NCBI GenBank assembly: GCA_041752695.1
Contig: JBGSVZ010000104.1
Location: 29,456-93,455 of the forward strand
DNA length: 64,000 bases
Source of the DNA: Terrimicrobiaceae bacterium
Lineage (GTDB): Bacteria > Verrucomicrobiota > Verrucomicrobiia > Chthoniobacterales > Terrimicrobiaceae
Direction of reading: 5' to 3'
The notes beneath the pieces are model-generated. The model did no database searches, had not been told where the DNA came from, and saw only the letters and a list, made by a program, of their open reading frames with translations. The position numbers were made by a program, and so were the translations under genes. Shown here in pieces: positions 39,032-48,626 of the stretch. The first letter of the stretch is position 1, and the number at the start of each line of letters is the position of its first letter.

Positions 39032-39411
39032 GTACGTTTTGATTTTGCCGTTTTAATTGCGGTGACGATGATTGCGCAGAGTTCGTCGGCTTCTTGACGG
39101 AGCGGGGCCAAAGCGGACGGTTTAACCATGCTCATGGCATCAACCATATCGATCCAGAACAACGTCTCATCACATTCCTCCTCGGCGATGCCGAGCTTCG
39201 AAATAAACTCCGCCGTGGAACGCGCCCGCCGGGCCGCCCGATAATTCGCCCCTACCGACGTTCCGCTTCGAATCAACTGATTGGCAAAAGTATTTCCCGA
39301 GCGCGTAGACGGAAGTGCCTCGGCCAGCTTGGCGCAGCGAACCCCGAACTCAAAGGTGCGCAATTTGAGGTCCGAAACTTCCGCATTCCGCCTTCCCACT
39401 TCCACCTTCAC
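39028..39411 (-). CDS. Four-helix-bundle protein (23S rRNA IVP / Avd-like, TIGR02436-type)
   Basis: [41 protein letters not shown] overlaps with both cysD and cysNC. Confidence 0.92.
   Translation of the reverse strand: MKVEVGRRNAEVSDLKLRTFEFGVRCAKLAEALPSTRSGNTFANQLIRSGTSVGANYRAARRARSTAEFISKLGIAEEECDETLFWIDMVDAMSMVKPSALAPLRQEADELCAIIVTAIKTAKSKRT
39375..39409 (-). repeat. Heptamer array B (5 units, inverted relative to array A)
   Basis: Minus strand GAAGGTG GAAGTGG GAAGGCG GAATGCG GAAGTTT. Confidence 0.88.
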
Positions 39412-40244
39412 ATGAACCCTTTCGCGCGAAGTTTTTGCATGGCGTTGCGCTCGTGGTGGTCCTGGGCGCGGCCGGCGCGTTCGCTGGTCTTGGTCACAAG
39501 AAGTTCCTGGATGATTTCGGAAATATTGGAGGCTTTGCTTTCGACCGCCTTAGTGATCGGCCAGCAGCCGAGCGAGCGAAACCGGTAGTGTTTGCCATCC
39601 TCTCCCTTGCGGGCAAAATACATCTGCGGGATGGGGATTTTCTCGCGCTCAATGTAGCGCCAGATGTCCACTTCGGTCCAGTCCAGCAGCGGCTGCACGC
39701 GGATGTGTTCGCCGGGCTCAAGGGCGGTGGTGAACTGATTCCAGAACTCCGGCGGCTGATCCTTGTAATCCCATTCGAAGTCGGCCGTGCGGGGCGAAAA
39801 ATAGCGTTCTTTGGCCCGCGTGGGATCTTCGTCGCGACGGATGCCGGTGATGAGGGCATCGAACTTTCGCTCGGTCATCACCTGCTGCAAGGCGACGGTT
39901 TTTAACTCGTGAGTGACCGTCACCGGGTCATGGGTCTCGTATCCAACGGAGGATTCGTAGGCCCCGCGACCTGCGCGCGCGTCCTCGTTGATTTTGACGA
40001 TGAGGTCGAGTTCGTAATGCTTCAGAGCCCAGTCGCGGAACTCCAGCATTTCGGGAAACTCGTAGGTCGTGTCGATGTGCATGACCGGGTAGGGAATTTT
40101 CCCGCAGAAGGCCTTTTTGGAGAGCCAGATGAGGACGTTGGAATCTTTACCCATGCTCCAAGGCATGCAAAGATTGGAAAAGCTATGGTAGGCCTCCCTC
40201 AGAAGATACACACTCTGGGCCTCCAATTCGTCGAGATGGTCCAT
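39408..40244 (-). CDS. cysD: Sulfate adenylyltransferase subunit 2
   Basis: WSMGKDS PP motif, HIDT, GIRRDE...RAKERYFS, FRSLGC, ERAGRAQD. Confidence 0.96.
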   Translation of the reverse strand: MDHLDELEAQSVYLLREAYHSFSNLCMPWSMGKDSNVLIWLSKKAFCGKIPYPVMHIDTTYEFPEMLEFRDWALKHYELDLIVKINEDARAGRGAYESSVGYETHDPVTVTHELKTVALQQVMTERKFDALITGIRRDEDPTRAKERYFSPRTADFEWDYKDQPPEFWNQFTTALEPGEHIRVQPLLDWTEVDIWRYIEREKIPIPQMYFARKGEDGKHYRFRSLGCWPITKAVESKASNISEIIQELLVTKTSERAGRAQDHHERNAMQKLRAKGFM

Positions 40245-40299
40245 TAAGAACTCCCATTAAGATGGCACCCCCCGGGGTTCCGCAACTAAAATTTTTGTC

Positions 40300-40608
40300 A
40301 TGAATGAGCCCCATAACCCGTTGAGCCTGCAAAAGATCGGTCAGGAACTGGCCGTGGCCTGGAGCGACGGAACCGAAAGCTACCTGCCCCTGGAAACCCT
40401 CCGCCGCGCCTGTCCGTGCGCCTCCTGTGGGGGCGAACCCGACGTGCTCGGCCGTGTGATCCGCCCCGAGGTTACGTACTCCCCCAACAGCTTCGAACTG
40501 CTCGGCTGGGAAACCGTCGGCGGCTACGGCATCCAGCCCCGCTGGGGCGACGGCCACAAGTCCGGGATCTACACGTTTGCGTATTTGAAAAAATTGGGTG
40601 CGGCGTAG
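40300..40608 (+). CDS. DUF971 / gamma-butyrobetaine hydroxylase N-terminal-like protein
   Basis: WSDG...LRRACPCASC...VGGYGI...WGDGH.SGIY. Confidence 0.88.
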   Translation: MNEPHNPLSLQKIGQELAVAWSDGTESYLPLETLRRACPCASCGGEPDVLGRVIRPEVTYSPNSFELLGWETVGGYGIQPRWGDGHKSGIYTFAYLKKLGAA

Positions 40609-40663
40609 CGGGTTCGGAAAGGCCAGGGAGCGCGAGTCGCCGGCCTGCGGCCCCCCTTGCGGG

Positions 40664-41668
40664 CTATGCTTTCTTGGGGCGGCGTTTGAGTTTGGTTTCG
40701 AGGGCTTTGAGGTCCGCCTCGTCCTCTTGATCGGCTGCCAGCGCCTCCTGGGTTTTCCGGCGCTTGTCGTAATCGAGATAGAGGGCGCTTGTCTTGCTCT
40801 CCATCTGTTCATGGCTGACAGCGCCAGCATGAGCCAGCAACGGGAAGCCGTTGGAGGTGATGATCTGATCCACGTTCTGTTTCCAGAAAGCCATGCGCGT
40901 CTCCTGCTTGCTCTTGGCTCGCAGTTCGGCGGTTTCCAGGAAGATGACCACCAGCCGGTTTAAGGTGTCGATCTCGTCCTCGGTCAGGTAGTTCTTGGCC
41001 ACGACGATGTCCGCCTTGCGCACCTTGTCGCCCTTCCACGCGAGCAAGCCGAAATGGGGATCGGCGGGATTTGCCCGGGCGGTGATGAGTTCGGCGGCGG
41101 ATTTCCGCGTCACGGCGTGGATCAGCAAATTCTGCACCGTGGCAAAGAAGACCTGCGTGGCCTTGTCGGTCTTGTCGTAGTCGCTGCTCAGGGAAAAGAG
41201 GTCGCGCACCTTCTGGTAGAAACGTTTCTCCGAGGCCCGGATGTCCCGGATGCGCTCCAGCATCTCATCGAAGTAATCCGGGCGGCCATCCGGGTTCTTC
41301 AGCCGCTCGTCGTCCATCACGAAACCCTTGAGAAGAAACTCATTCAGGACGGAGGAGGCCCAGCGGCGGAACTGCACCCCACGGGGCGAGCGCACTCGGT
41401 AGCCCACGGCGAGGATGGCGTCCAGATTGTAGAGCTTGGTGAGGTAATTTTTGCCGTCGGCGGCAGTTACCGAGGATTCCTCGGTAACTGACTTCTCCTC
41501 CAGTTCCCCGTCCGCAAAGATGTTTTTGAGGTGCAACCCCACGTTGTCCGTGCTCACGTCAAAGAGCTGGGCCATCTCACGCTGGGACAGCCAGACGGTT
41601 TGGTCCTTGGCCCGGAGCTTGATCTGGCTGCGTCCGTCTTCGGTGGTGTAGAGGATGAGATCGTTCAT
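40664..41668 (-). CDS. RhuM-family (virulence RhuM) DNA-binding protein
   Basis: TVWLSQREMAQLF, YNLDAILAVGYRVRS.RGVQFRRWA, IRDIRASEKRFYQK. Confidence 0.92.
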   Translation of the reverse strand: MNDLILYTTEDGRSQIKLRAKDQTVWLSQREMAQLFDVSTDNVGLHLKNIFADGELEEKSVTEESSVTAADGKNYLTKLYNLDAILAVGYRVRSPRGVQFRRWASSVLNEFLLKGFVMDDERLKNPDGRPDYFDEMLERIRDIRASEKRFYQKVRDLFSLSSDYDKTDKATQVFFATVQNLLIHAVTRKSAAELITARANPADPHFGLLAWKGDKVRKADIVVAKNYLTEDEIDTLNRLVVIFLETAELRAKSKQETRMAFWKQNVDQIITSNGFPLLAHAGAVSHEQMESKTSALYLDYDKRRKTQEALAADQEDEADLKALETKLKRRPKKA

Positions 41669-41944
41669 GGACGGAACGCGCCGAAGCTGTGATTTAACAA
41701 GGCGCGGGGGAAATAGGAAAGAAGATTGCCGGGTAAGGTAGCCTGTAAAGGAGCCGCGCACCTCCTGTTGCTGAGCTATTGAGCCGTGCGAAGCGCGGGA
41801 CTTATTGGTTGGGCGGCAGGGAACCTGCCACTCCTTGAGGTTGTGAGATCAATCTGCACATGGAGATTCCTCTACAACGGAGGGGCGAAATCCGGTCGCC
41901 GAGCGAGCCGGTCAGCTCCGCGGTGCTCGGGACTTCCCTATGTT

Positions 41945-43810
41945 TTATGGGAGGCGAAAGTTCGCGTGGTCCGTATCCTGATTGAAATCAAACTCTCGCC
42001 GCCTCTCGTCAACCACACGGGTCAGTTTGAGGCGGCACACAAATTTTCGTGAGGCCGCCTCGAAGTGAAGCACTTCAAAGAGTCTGATGTGAGTGCTCCA
42101 ATCAATCAGCGCGTGGCTCTGAAGCGTGGCTTGATCCACAATTTCGCCTCTGGCCACGCCGCTCTGCACAACGGAAATCCAATCTCCGATGGCATATCCC
42201 AGATGGCGATCCAGATCCAGGTTGGCCATTCCTTGCGCGCGATCCAGCGTGGCGGTGAGCGAGGAATACCGTTCCTCGATAGTGGAAACATCGGCGGTAT
42301 CGAGGAGGAAATTCAATTCCATATCGAAGCATGCGATCTTCGCCGCGTCTGTGACGCCCCACGGGAAACCGGAATAACTCGGACAGTGATTTTCCAGTGC
42401 ACCAAGCGGAAGCAAATGAAGCCCGGCCTCCGCGCAGACTGCTCGCAATTTCGAAAGAGTGCCCGTCAGATATTCGAGCGTCGGGACTTGCGCAGGAAGC
42501 GCCATGCGGAGCTCGGCGTCGAGATGGAGCAAGAGCAAGAGCAGACGGTAACGTTTTGCCTCACGACTTGTCTCTGCATCGATGACCTCACGCAAGGCGG
42601 CGAAGGAAATCTCCGCGTTTTCGCCGACTTCATCTCCAAGCTGATCGAGCTTGATCCAGATTTTCTTCAGGGCATCGCGCAGGTCCGTTCCCAACCCCTC
42701 TTTTGCCATTCGGGACGACAACTCCGCGTTTGCTGCCAGGGAATCGCGCAACTTACCACTGGTCAGAGCATCCAAGTCCGAGATGAATTGACCCTTCACG
42801 CGGTATTGCTGGCAGAGTCTGTAGAAGAGATCCTGCTCATCCTTGCCGTTTACATCGATGAAACAGGCCCCAGTGACGCCAAGTATTCGGCCACGTCGCT
42901 CTTGAATTAGGGTGAAAATTTGTTGGTCCCGGTATCCCTCCACAAAGATCGGGCGGGACGCAAAAAAGAACTGTTTATGATGGGTGTTCAGTCGCGGCAA
43001 GAGACGCCTCAACCGATATTCATCATCCGCCGACAAAGCTCCAAGCACGCGGGGAACTTGGTCGGGTTGAAATAGGACCAAGCTTCGCAATTCCTCGATC
43101 GTGCGAAAATCCAGCAAGTAGGGAGAATGCGTGATAAGAAAAAACATCTTCTTCCCCGGCTGCGTCCTCGGATCCCCGGCGAGCAGACGAATCTCGGATA
43201 GGAGAAAGGACTGAAACTGCGGATGAAGATTGATTTCCGGTTCGTCAATAATGAGGCAGTTAAACTCGTCGTCGTAAAGGAAGGTCAGGATGGCGAGTAG
43301 CTCCTTTAATCCGTGGCATTCACTCTCTTTCAATTCGTATTCGGCACCGCCACCATTAATCCGCTGAAGCCTGGGCTTGAGATATCCGCCTTCCTCTGCA
43401 AGTCGGAGACGCCGATGGAAAAAACTGACGAGCAATGCTTCGAGGCGGATTCTGACATCGAGCTTTTTCTTTAGGATAATGAAGGCATCTGCACCGCGTC
43501 CTTCGGACGCACCTTTATTACGATAGTATTCAAAATTCCCGATATTCAGGCCGCTTCCGAAGGCTGAAGAATGCCCGTAGACGCTCCCCTTCTCTAAGCC
43601 GGAAAGCCTGTCAGCACCTAAAAAACGGGGCTTCAACTGCGCATGGCCTAAATGGTTCCTCAGTTGATCGGCAAATCTTGTCTTCCCCGTTCCATTTGCC
43701 CCCACGAGAAAATTGATCGGCCACCAGGTTTTGTTTTCGAAAGGAGAAGAACCCCAAAGATCTTGCAGGGTAATCTGAACAGGAATTTCGATGGGAGTAG
43801 TCGAGGTCAT
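41945..43810 (-). CDS. OLD-family ABC-ATPase/TOPRIM nuclease (putative anti-phage)
   Basis: Walker A GANGTGKT, Walker B/D-loop IIDEPEINLHP, ITHSPY, TOPRIM IFVEGYRD and DLD; more AT-rich than flanks. Confidence 0.8.
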   Translation of the reverse strand: MTSTTPIEIPVQITLQDLWGSSPFENKTWWPINFLVGANGTGKTRFADQLRNHLGHAQLKPRFLGADRLSGLEKGSVYGHSSAFGSGLNIGNFEYYRNKGASEGRGADAFIILKKKLDVRIRLEALLVSFFHRRLRLAEEGGYLKPRLQRINGGGAEYELKESECHGLKELLAILTFLYDDEFNCLIIDEPEINLHPQFQSFLLSEIRLLAGDPRTQPGKKMFFLITHSPYLLDFRTIEELRSLVLFQPDQVPRVLGALSADDEYRLRRLLPRLNTHHKQFFFASRPIFVEGYRDQQIFTLIQERRGRILGVTGACFIDVNGKDEQDLFYRLCQQYRVKGQFISDLDALTSGKLRDSLAANAELSSRMAKEGLGTDLRDALKKIWIKLDQLGDEVGENAEISFAALREVIDAETSREAKRYRLLLLLLHLDAELRMALPAQVPTLEYLTGTLSKLRAVCAEAGLHLLPLGALENHCPSYSGFPWGVTDAAKIACFDMELNFLLDTADVSTIEERYSSLTATLDRAQGMANLDLDRHLGYAIGDWISVVQSGVARGEIVDQATLQSHALIDWSTHIRLFEVLHFEAASRKFVCRLKLTRVVDERRREFDFNQDTDHANFRLP

Positions 43811-44154
43811 CAGGCGCGGCAGGAGAAGATGTGTGACGGGAGTTCAGGCAAGTGGATTCGGAGAATAGCCCCTTCTTCAAAACCTGCCGAGAATAAGAAG
43901 CCGGGAAAACGGTAAATTTCGAATCACCACCCCGCACATGGACACTCGCCGTTTTTTTGAACGTCAATTCTTGGCACGGCAAAGGGGCGTTTTTTCATTC
44001 TACACGTGCAGATTGCTGGCGGAGGGTCGCCGGGTGCCGATCGGCACGTGCGGAAAGTGGTCACAAGGAGAGGAGATCGAAGGTCGCCCCTCCCATTGTG
44101 GTGAGCGTGGCCGAATGGGAGCGCGATGCGACGGCTCGCGCCGCTTCGCCACTT

Positions 44155-44203
44155 CAGCGTTCAGCGTTCAGCGTTGGGCGTTCAGCGTTGGCGCGCCGCG
44201 CGC
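44155..44203 (+). repeat. Heptamer array (5 units CAGCGTT) followed by GCGCG-CCG-CGCGC hairpin
   Basis: CAGCGTT x3, GGGCGTT, CAGCGTT; same layout as 9466-9513. Confidence 0.85.
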
Positions 44204-45783
44204 TATTTCAGTTCCGCGCCGGTGAGCGCGTTGGTGATGATGAACTTTTCCTGATGGAAGGTCGCGTCGGATCGGAAGCTCAGGCGGCCGGCGTAGCGGC
44301 GTTCGATATCAACGAGGTGTTCTTCGTCGTCGGACCGCAGGCGGGCAAGGAGGTCGGGGTGGACGATGACTTTGATCTCGTGGACGGTATCCTGATGTTT
44401 CCGCATCACGGTGTGGAGAGACCGCTGGAGTTCCACGCTCATGGTCATGGCGCTCTTGATCATGCCGCGGCCGTTGCAATGCGGGCAGGGGTCAAACTGC
44501 GTGCTGGCCAGGCTCTCCGCGGCGCGCTGGCGGGTCATTTCCAGGAGACCGAGCGGGGAGATGGGCAGGACGTGGGTGCGGGCTTTGTCGCGTTTCAGAC
44601 GGTCCTTCACGCGCTGATAGACGGCCTGCTGGTCTTTGCGGCCCTTCATGTCGATGAAGTCGCCAATGATGATGCCGCCGATGTTGCGCAGGCGGACCTG
44701 ACGGCAGATCTCGTCGGCGGCTTCAAGGTTGGTCTGGAGGATGGTTTTCTCCATGTCGCGCGAGCCTTTGTTGCGGCCGGTATTAACGTCCACGGCGATG
44801 AGGGCCTCGGTCTCGTCGATCACGATGTAGCCGCCGCAGGGCAGCCAGACCTGGCGATGGAAGGCGGTGTCAATCTGGGCCTGCACGCCGAAACAATCGA
44901 AGATCGGCTGCGCGCCGGTGTAGTGCTGAATGCGTTTTTTGGCGCGTTTGGAAATCTGGCCGACGATCTCCTGCATCTGTTCGCAGGCCTTGGCGTCGTC
45001 GATGATGACGGCATCCACTTCGTCGGTAAGAAAATCGCGGACCGTGCGTTCGATCAGACCGGGCTCCATGAAGAGGCAGGCGGGCGCGGGTTTTTCCTCC
45101 ATGCCTTTCTGAATCTCGGCCCACTGCTCGAGCAGGATGCTAAGGTCGCGGACAAAATAGCGGGCGCGCTGGCCCTGGCCGACCGTGCGGATAATGACGC
45201 CCATGCCGTCGGGGATTTCGAGTTCGCGGAGGATCTTGCGGAGGCGGTCGCGTTCCTTGGGATCGTCGATCTTGCGCGAGATGCCGCACTGTTCGTTGAA
45301 AGGCATGAGCACAAGGTACCGGCCGGCCATGCTGATGTCGGTGGTGATGCGCGGGCCCTTGTTGCCGATGGGGCCTTTTTTCACCTGTACCAGAATGTCG
45401 GAGCCGACGGGGTAGATGTTCGGCACATCCTTGTGGGTGATTTTGGGGCCCTTCTTCTTCGCGTTGCCGCCGCCGGCGCGGGCGACGGTCTCGATGCCGC
45501 TGTCGAGGGCGGCGGGGATCGCATCCCAGAATTGGAGGAAGGCGTTTTTCTCAAAGCCGATGTCGATGAACATGGCTTTGATGCCGGACTCGATGTTGCG
45601 CACCTTGCCCTTGTAAATGGCGCCGACGATGTTGCGGTCGGAATCGCGTTCCGTGGTGTATTCTTCGAGGCGGTTATCCTCGAGGAGGGCGACGCGCTTT
45701 TCGAGGCGTTCGCAGCTGACGATGAGTTTGATGCCGGTGGATTTTTTACCGAGGCCGAGAAGTTTTTTGACAGTTTCGATCAT
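44203..45783 (-). CDS. rng: Ribonuclease E/G family (RNase G-like, no long C-terminal scaffold)
   Basis: S1 domain GAIYKGKV...AMFIDIG, TEALIAVDVNTG, RLRNIGGIIIGDFIDM, CPHCNGRG. Confidence 0.9.
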   Translation of the reverse strand: MIETVKKLLGLGKKSTGIKLIVSCERLEKRVALLEDNRLEEYTTERDSDRNIVGAIYKGKVRNIESGIKAMFIDIGFEKNAFLQFWDAIPAALDSGIETVARAGGGNAKKKGPKITHKDVPNIYPVGSDILVQVKKGPIGNKGPRITTDISMAGRYLVLMPFNEQCGISRKIDDPKERDRLRKILRELEIPDGMGVIIRTVGQGQRARYFVRDLSILLEQWAEIQKGMEEKPAPACLFMEPGLIERTVRDFLTDEVDAVIIDDAKACEQMQEIVGQISKRAKKRIQHYTGAQPIFDCFGVQAQIDTAFHRQVWLPCGGYIVIDETEALIAVDVNTGRNKGSRDMEKTILQTNLEAADEICRQVRLRNIGGIIIGDFIDMKGRKDQQAVYQRVKDRLKRDKARTHVLPISPLGLLEMTRQRAAESLASTQFDPCPHCNGRGMIKSAMTMSVELQRSLHTVMRKHQDTVHEIKVIVHPDLLARLRSDDEEHLVDIERRYAGRLSFRSDATFHQEKFIITNALTGAELK

Positions 45784-45843
45784 GTAATGGTGAGGGTTGT
45801 CCTCCGGTGAGGGAGGAAAGGGGTGTTGGGGTGACAGGGGAGT

Positions 45844-48072
45844 TCATCGGCGTCCGGAAGGTGGGGGAGATTTTTTTTCCTCCTTTTTCTTTCCGCCTTT
45901 GAAAATGTTGTTGAAGAAGCTTTCGATCTTGGAGGGTTTGCGTTCCTTGTTTTTCACCTTGCCGCGGTCATCGGCATCGGCGCGGACGCTGGGCGCGGCG
46001 GGTTTGTTTTCCTGGCTGGAACCCTGGCCGGGCTCGCCCGCGCTGGTTTCCTCGTCCGCGGCGATCATCGCACCGGGGATCTCCCGGTTAAAGTCCACGC
46101 TTTCAACAAACTTAAAGCTGCCCTTGGCCGGATCCAGGCGGGCGAGTTCAAAGGGTTTGGGCGGTTCCTCGCCGGGCACAGGTTCCTTGTCGAGAGCGAA
46201 GGACTCCTCGAGAATCTTGGCCGCGATGGGGGCCGCCACGCCGCCGCCGGACTTGGCACCCTGTACCAGCACGCAGACGGCGTATTTGGGTTTGTCGTAA
46301 GGCGCAAAGGCAATGAACCAGGTATGGTTGTCCTTGACCCCGCTGCGCCAGAACTGGGCGGTGCCCGTCTTGCCGGCGACTTCCATACCCTTGATGCGCG
46401 CCTTGCCGGCCGTGCCGCCGCCTTCGTTGACGACCTTCTTCATGCCAAGCCGCACTTTTTCCATCTGCTCGGTCGTGATGCCACCTTCGGTAATCAGGTT
46501 GGCGCGGACTTTGGCGGGTTCCTGCACGATCACATTGCCATCCTGCGCGACGACCTTGTCGATCATGCGCGGAAAATAGGCGGTGCCGCCATTGGCGACA
46601 GTCGCGGTGACCATGGCCATTTGCAGCGGACTGGCCAGTACGTCGCCCTGGCCGATGGAGGTGTTGGCGGTGAGCCCGGAGGTCCAGCGGGCTTGGGGAT
46701 TGATGGCGGTGAGCCATTCCGGGCCGGGAAGTACGCCGGGGGCCTCGCCCGAAAGAGGGATGCCAGATTTTTGGCCCAAGCCCAGGAAATTGCCCATGGC
46801 GACAATCTGATCGATGTTGGCGGCGTTGCCGTATTGATAAAAGAAGGCATTGCAGGAAACCTTGATGGCTTCCGGGAGACGCAGGGAGCCGTGGGAACCT
46901 CCTTTGTCGGCGATCCAGCATTTCATGAATTTATCCCCGTAAGTCACGCCCCCCGAGCAATGGAACGAGCGGTCGCCGATGCCCGCCCGTAAACCGGCCA
47001 GACCGATAGGGATCTTATAGGTGGAGCCCGGCGCGTAGGCGCTGATGGCGCGATTAAGCAGGGGGTCGGTGTCGTCTTTGTTGAGCTCCACCCAATCCTT
47101 CGCGGCGATGGCGGGGATGAAAGAATTCGGATCATACGACGGCACCGAGGCCATCGCGAGAATGTCCCCATTGTTGGGATCCACCACCACCGCGGCGCCG
47201 CGGCCGACGGCGCGAAGGGCCTGCTCGGCGATGAATTGGACGCGGGCGTCGATCGTCAGATAGACGTTCGCGCCCTGCTTGGGCTCGACGATTTTCACAT
47301 CGTCCTGCTTGATCACGCCTTTGACGTCGCGCTGCAATATCCGCACCCCAGGCGTGCCCTTAAGGTATTCGTTCAGGTAGAGCTCGATCTGCGCCTTGCC
47401 CTCCATGTCGGGGTCGTAAAAATTGAACTCTTTAATGTCGGCTAGCTTATCGAGGTTGTTCGGCATGCCGACGTAGCCAAGAAAATGCGCGCCGAGTGCG
47501 CCGTAGACATACTGGCGGACAGGTTTCTGTTCGATCCGGACTCCGGGAAGCCCCAGGTTGCGTTCGGAGAAAATGGCGTTGGATTCGAAGTCGATATCCT
47601 GGCGGTAATTGAAGGGGACCTCGAAATTGTTTTTGTAATGAACCTTCAGCTTGTTCGAGTTGTAGTCCTCCGCGAGGCTGAATTTTTCCAGTTCAGGAAT
47701 GATGATCTCGCGGACGATTTTTTCGATGTCCGCGGTTTTGGTATCCCGCAGCATGCCATGGACGCGGATGCGGTCGTCGGATTCGGGAATGTATCCGTTC
47801 ATCTGCCGGTAGGCGCGAACCATGTCGGGCAGATAAAAATCCACATCGACGCTCATGCGATTTTCGACCAGCGGGATGCCATTGCGATCGCGGATCTCGC
47901 CGCGCACGGCGGGGATGCGCACGGTCACGCGGGAACCCGAGGCGATGCGTTTGGTGTATTCGGCCCCGTGTGCAATCTGCACCTGCCAGAGACGCAGGAC
48001 GATGGCTCCGAGGAGGAGCATCATGAAGGCTCCAATGAAGATGAGCCGCAGTTGAGGGGTCCCGCGTTTCAT
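45844..48072 (-). CDS. mrdA: Penicillin-binding protein 2
   Basis: RGEIRDRNG, PGSTYK (SxxK), SCN, KTGTAQ; follows mreBCD. Confidence 0.93.
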   Translation of the reverse strand: MKRGTPQLRLIFIGAFMMLLLGAIVLRLWQVQIAHGAEYTKRIASGSRVTVRIPAVRGEIRDRNGIPLVENRMSVDVDFYLPDMVRAYRQMNGYIPESDDRIRVHGMLRDTKTADIEKIVREIIIPELEKFSLAEDYNSNKLKVHYKNNFEVPFNYRQDIDFESNAIFSERNLGLPGVRIEQKPVRQYVYGALGAHFLGYVGMPNNLDKLADIKEFNFYDPDMEGKAQIELYLNEYLKGTPGVRILQRDVKGVIKQDDVKIVEPKQGANVYLTIDARVQFIAEQALRAVGRGAAVVVDPNNGDILAMASVPSYDPNSFIPAIAAKDWVELNKDDTDPLLNRAISAYAPGSTYKIPIGLAGLRAGIGDRSFHCSGGVTYGDKFMKCWIADKGGSHGSLRLPEAIKVSCNAFFYQYGNAANIDQIVAMGNFLGLGQKSGIPLSGEAPGVLPGPEWLTAINPQARWTSGLTANTSIGQGDVLASPLQMAMVTATVANGGTAYFPRMIDKVVAQDGNVIVQEPAKVRANLITEGGITTEQMEKVRLGMKKVVNEGGGTAGKARIKGMEVAGKTGTAQFWRSGVKDNHTWFIAFAPYDKPKYAVCVLVQGAKSGGGVAAPIAAKILEESFALDKEPVPGEEPPKPFELARLDPAKGSFKFVESVDFNREIPGAMIAADEETSAGEPGQGSSQENKPAAPSVRADADDRGKVKNKERKPSKIESFFNNIFKGGKKKEEKKSPPPSGRR

Positions 48073-48626
48073 CGTTCGTTGCTGTAGCCCCCGAGGTGCT
48101 GGAGATCGTCGGGCAGGAACTGGCTGGCTTGGACGATGATAAGGTGGAGCAGCGGACTGAGGGCGGCGGCGATGAGCCCGGGAGCGAGAATGCGCCAGAC
48201 GACCAGTTCGTTAAAAACGAATCCCTCGCGGCGAAAGCTGATCATGGCAAACTGCAGCGCAAGGAACACCGCTGTGCCCACCGCGGAGAGCAGGGCGTGC
48301 AGCCACCAATGTCCCCGCCGGAAGGCAGGTTGGAAGCCATTTGCCAGAAGCCCGAAAAGCACAAAGAAGACGATAGAGAATCCCAGCCCGATTTCAACCT
48401 GTCCGTCCACGACATGCAGGTAGGTCAGATCGGTCACGAAGCCGGTATAAAATGCCGCCAGCAACATCGCCCAGGTGGGCATCACCATGGCGGCATAACA
48501 AAACAGCATTGGCACCAGAAGCACCCGCGCTCCGCGCAGCGCGTGGATAGGACCGATAAATTCCTGGATCACGTAGGCGAAAAAAACCGCCACCATCAAA
48601 ACCGCGCCGCCAATGGCCAGTCTCAT
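48069..48626 (-). CDS. mreD: Rod shape-determining protein MreD (by position and hydrophobicity)
   Basis: Polytopic membrane protein, GFVTDL, between mreC and mrdA with ATGA overlaps. Confidence 0.7.
   Translation of the reverse strand: MRLAIGGAVLMVAVFFAYVIQEFIGPIHALRGARVLLVPMLFCYAAMVMPTWAMLLAAFYTGFVTDLTYLHVVDGQVEIGLGFSIVFFVLFGLLANGFQPAFRRGHWWLHALLSAVGTAVFLALQFAMISFRREGFVFNELVVWRILAPGLIAAALSPLLHLIIVQASQFLPDDLQHLGGYSNER

Noticed and set aside
40241..40262. 9-bp direct repeat CCATTAAGA at the cysD start
   Set aside because: Real but short and seen once; cannot distinguish an operator from a chance micro-duplication.
41760..41945. Integron attC site between the OLD gene and rhuM
   Set aside because: A GCCCAAC (RYYYAAC) occurs on the minus strand, but no matching GTTRRRY or paired L boxes were found at a suitable distance, and there is no integrase.
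44034..44047. 14-bp palindrome GTGCCGATCGGCAC upstream of the OLD gene
   Set aside because: Single GC-rich palindrome with no second copy or clear promoter context.
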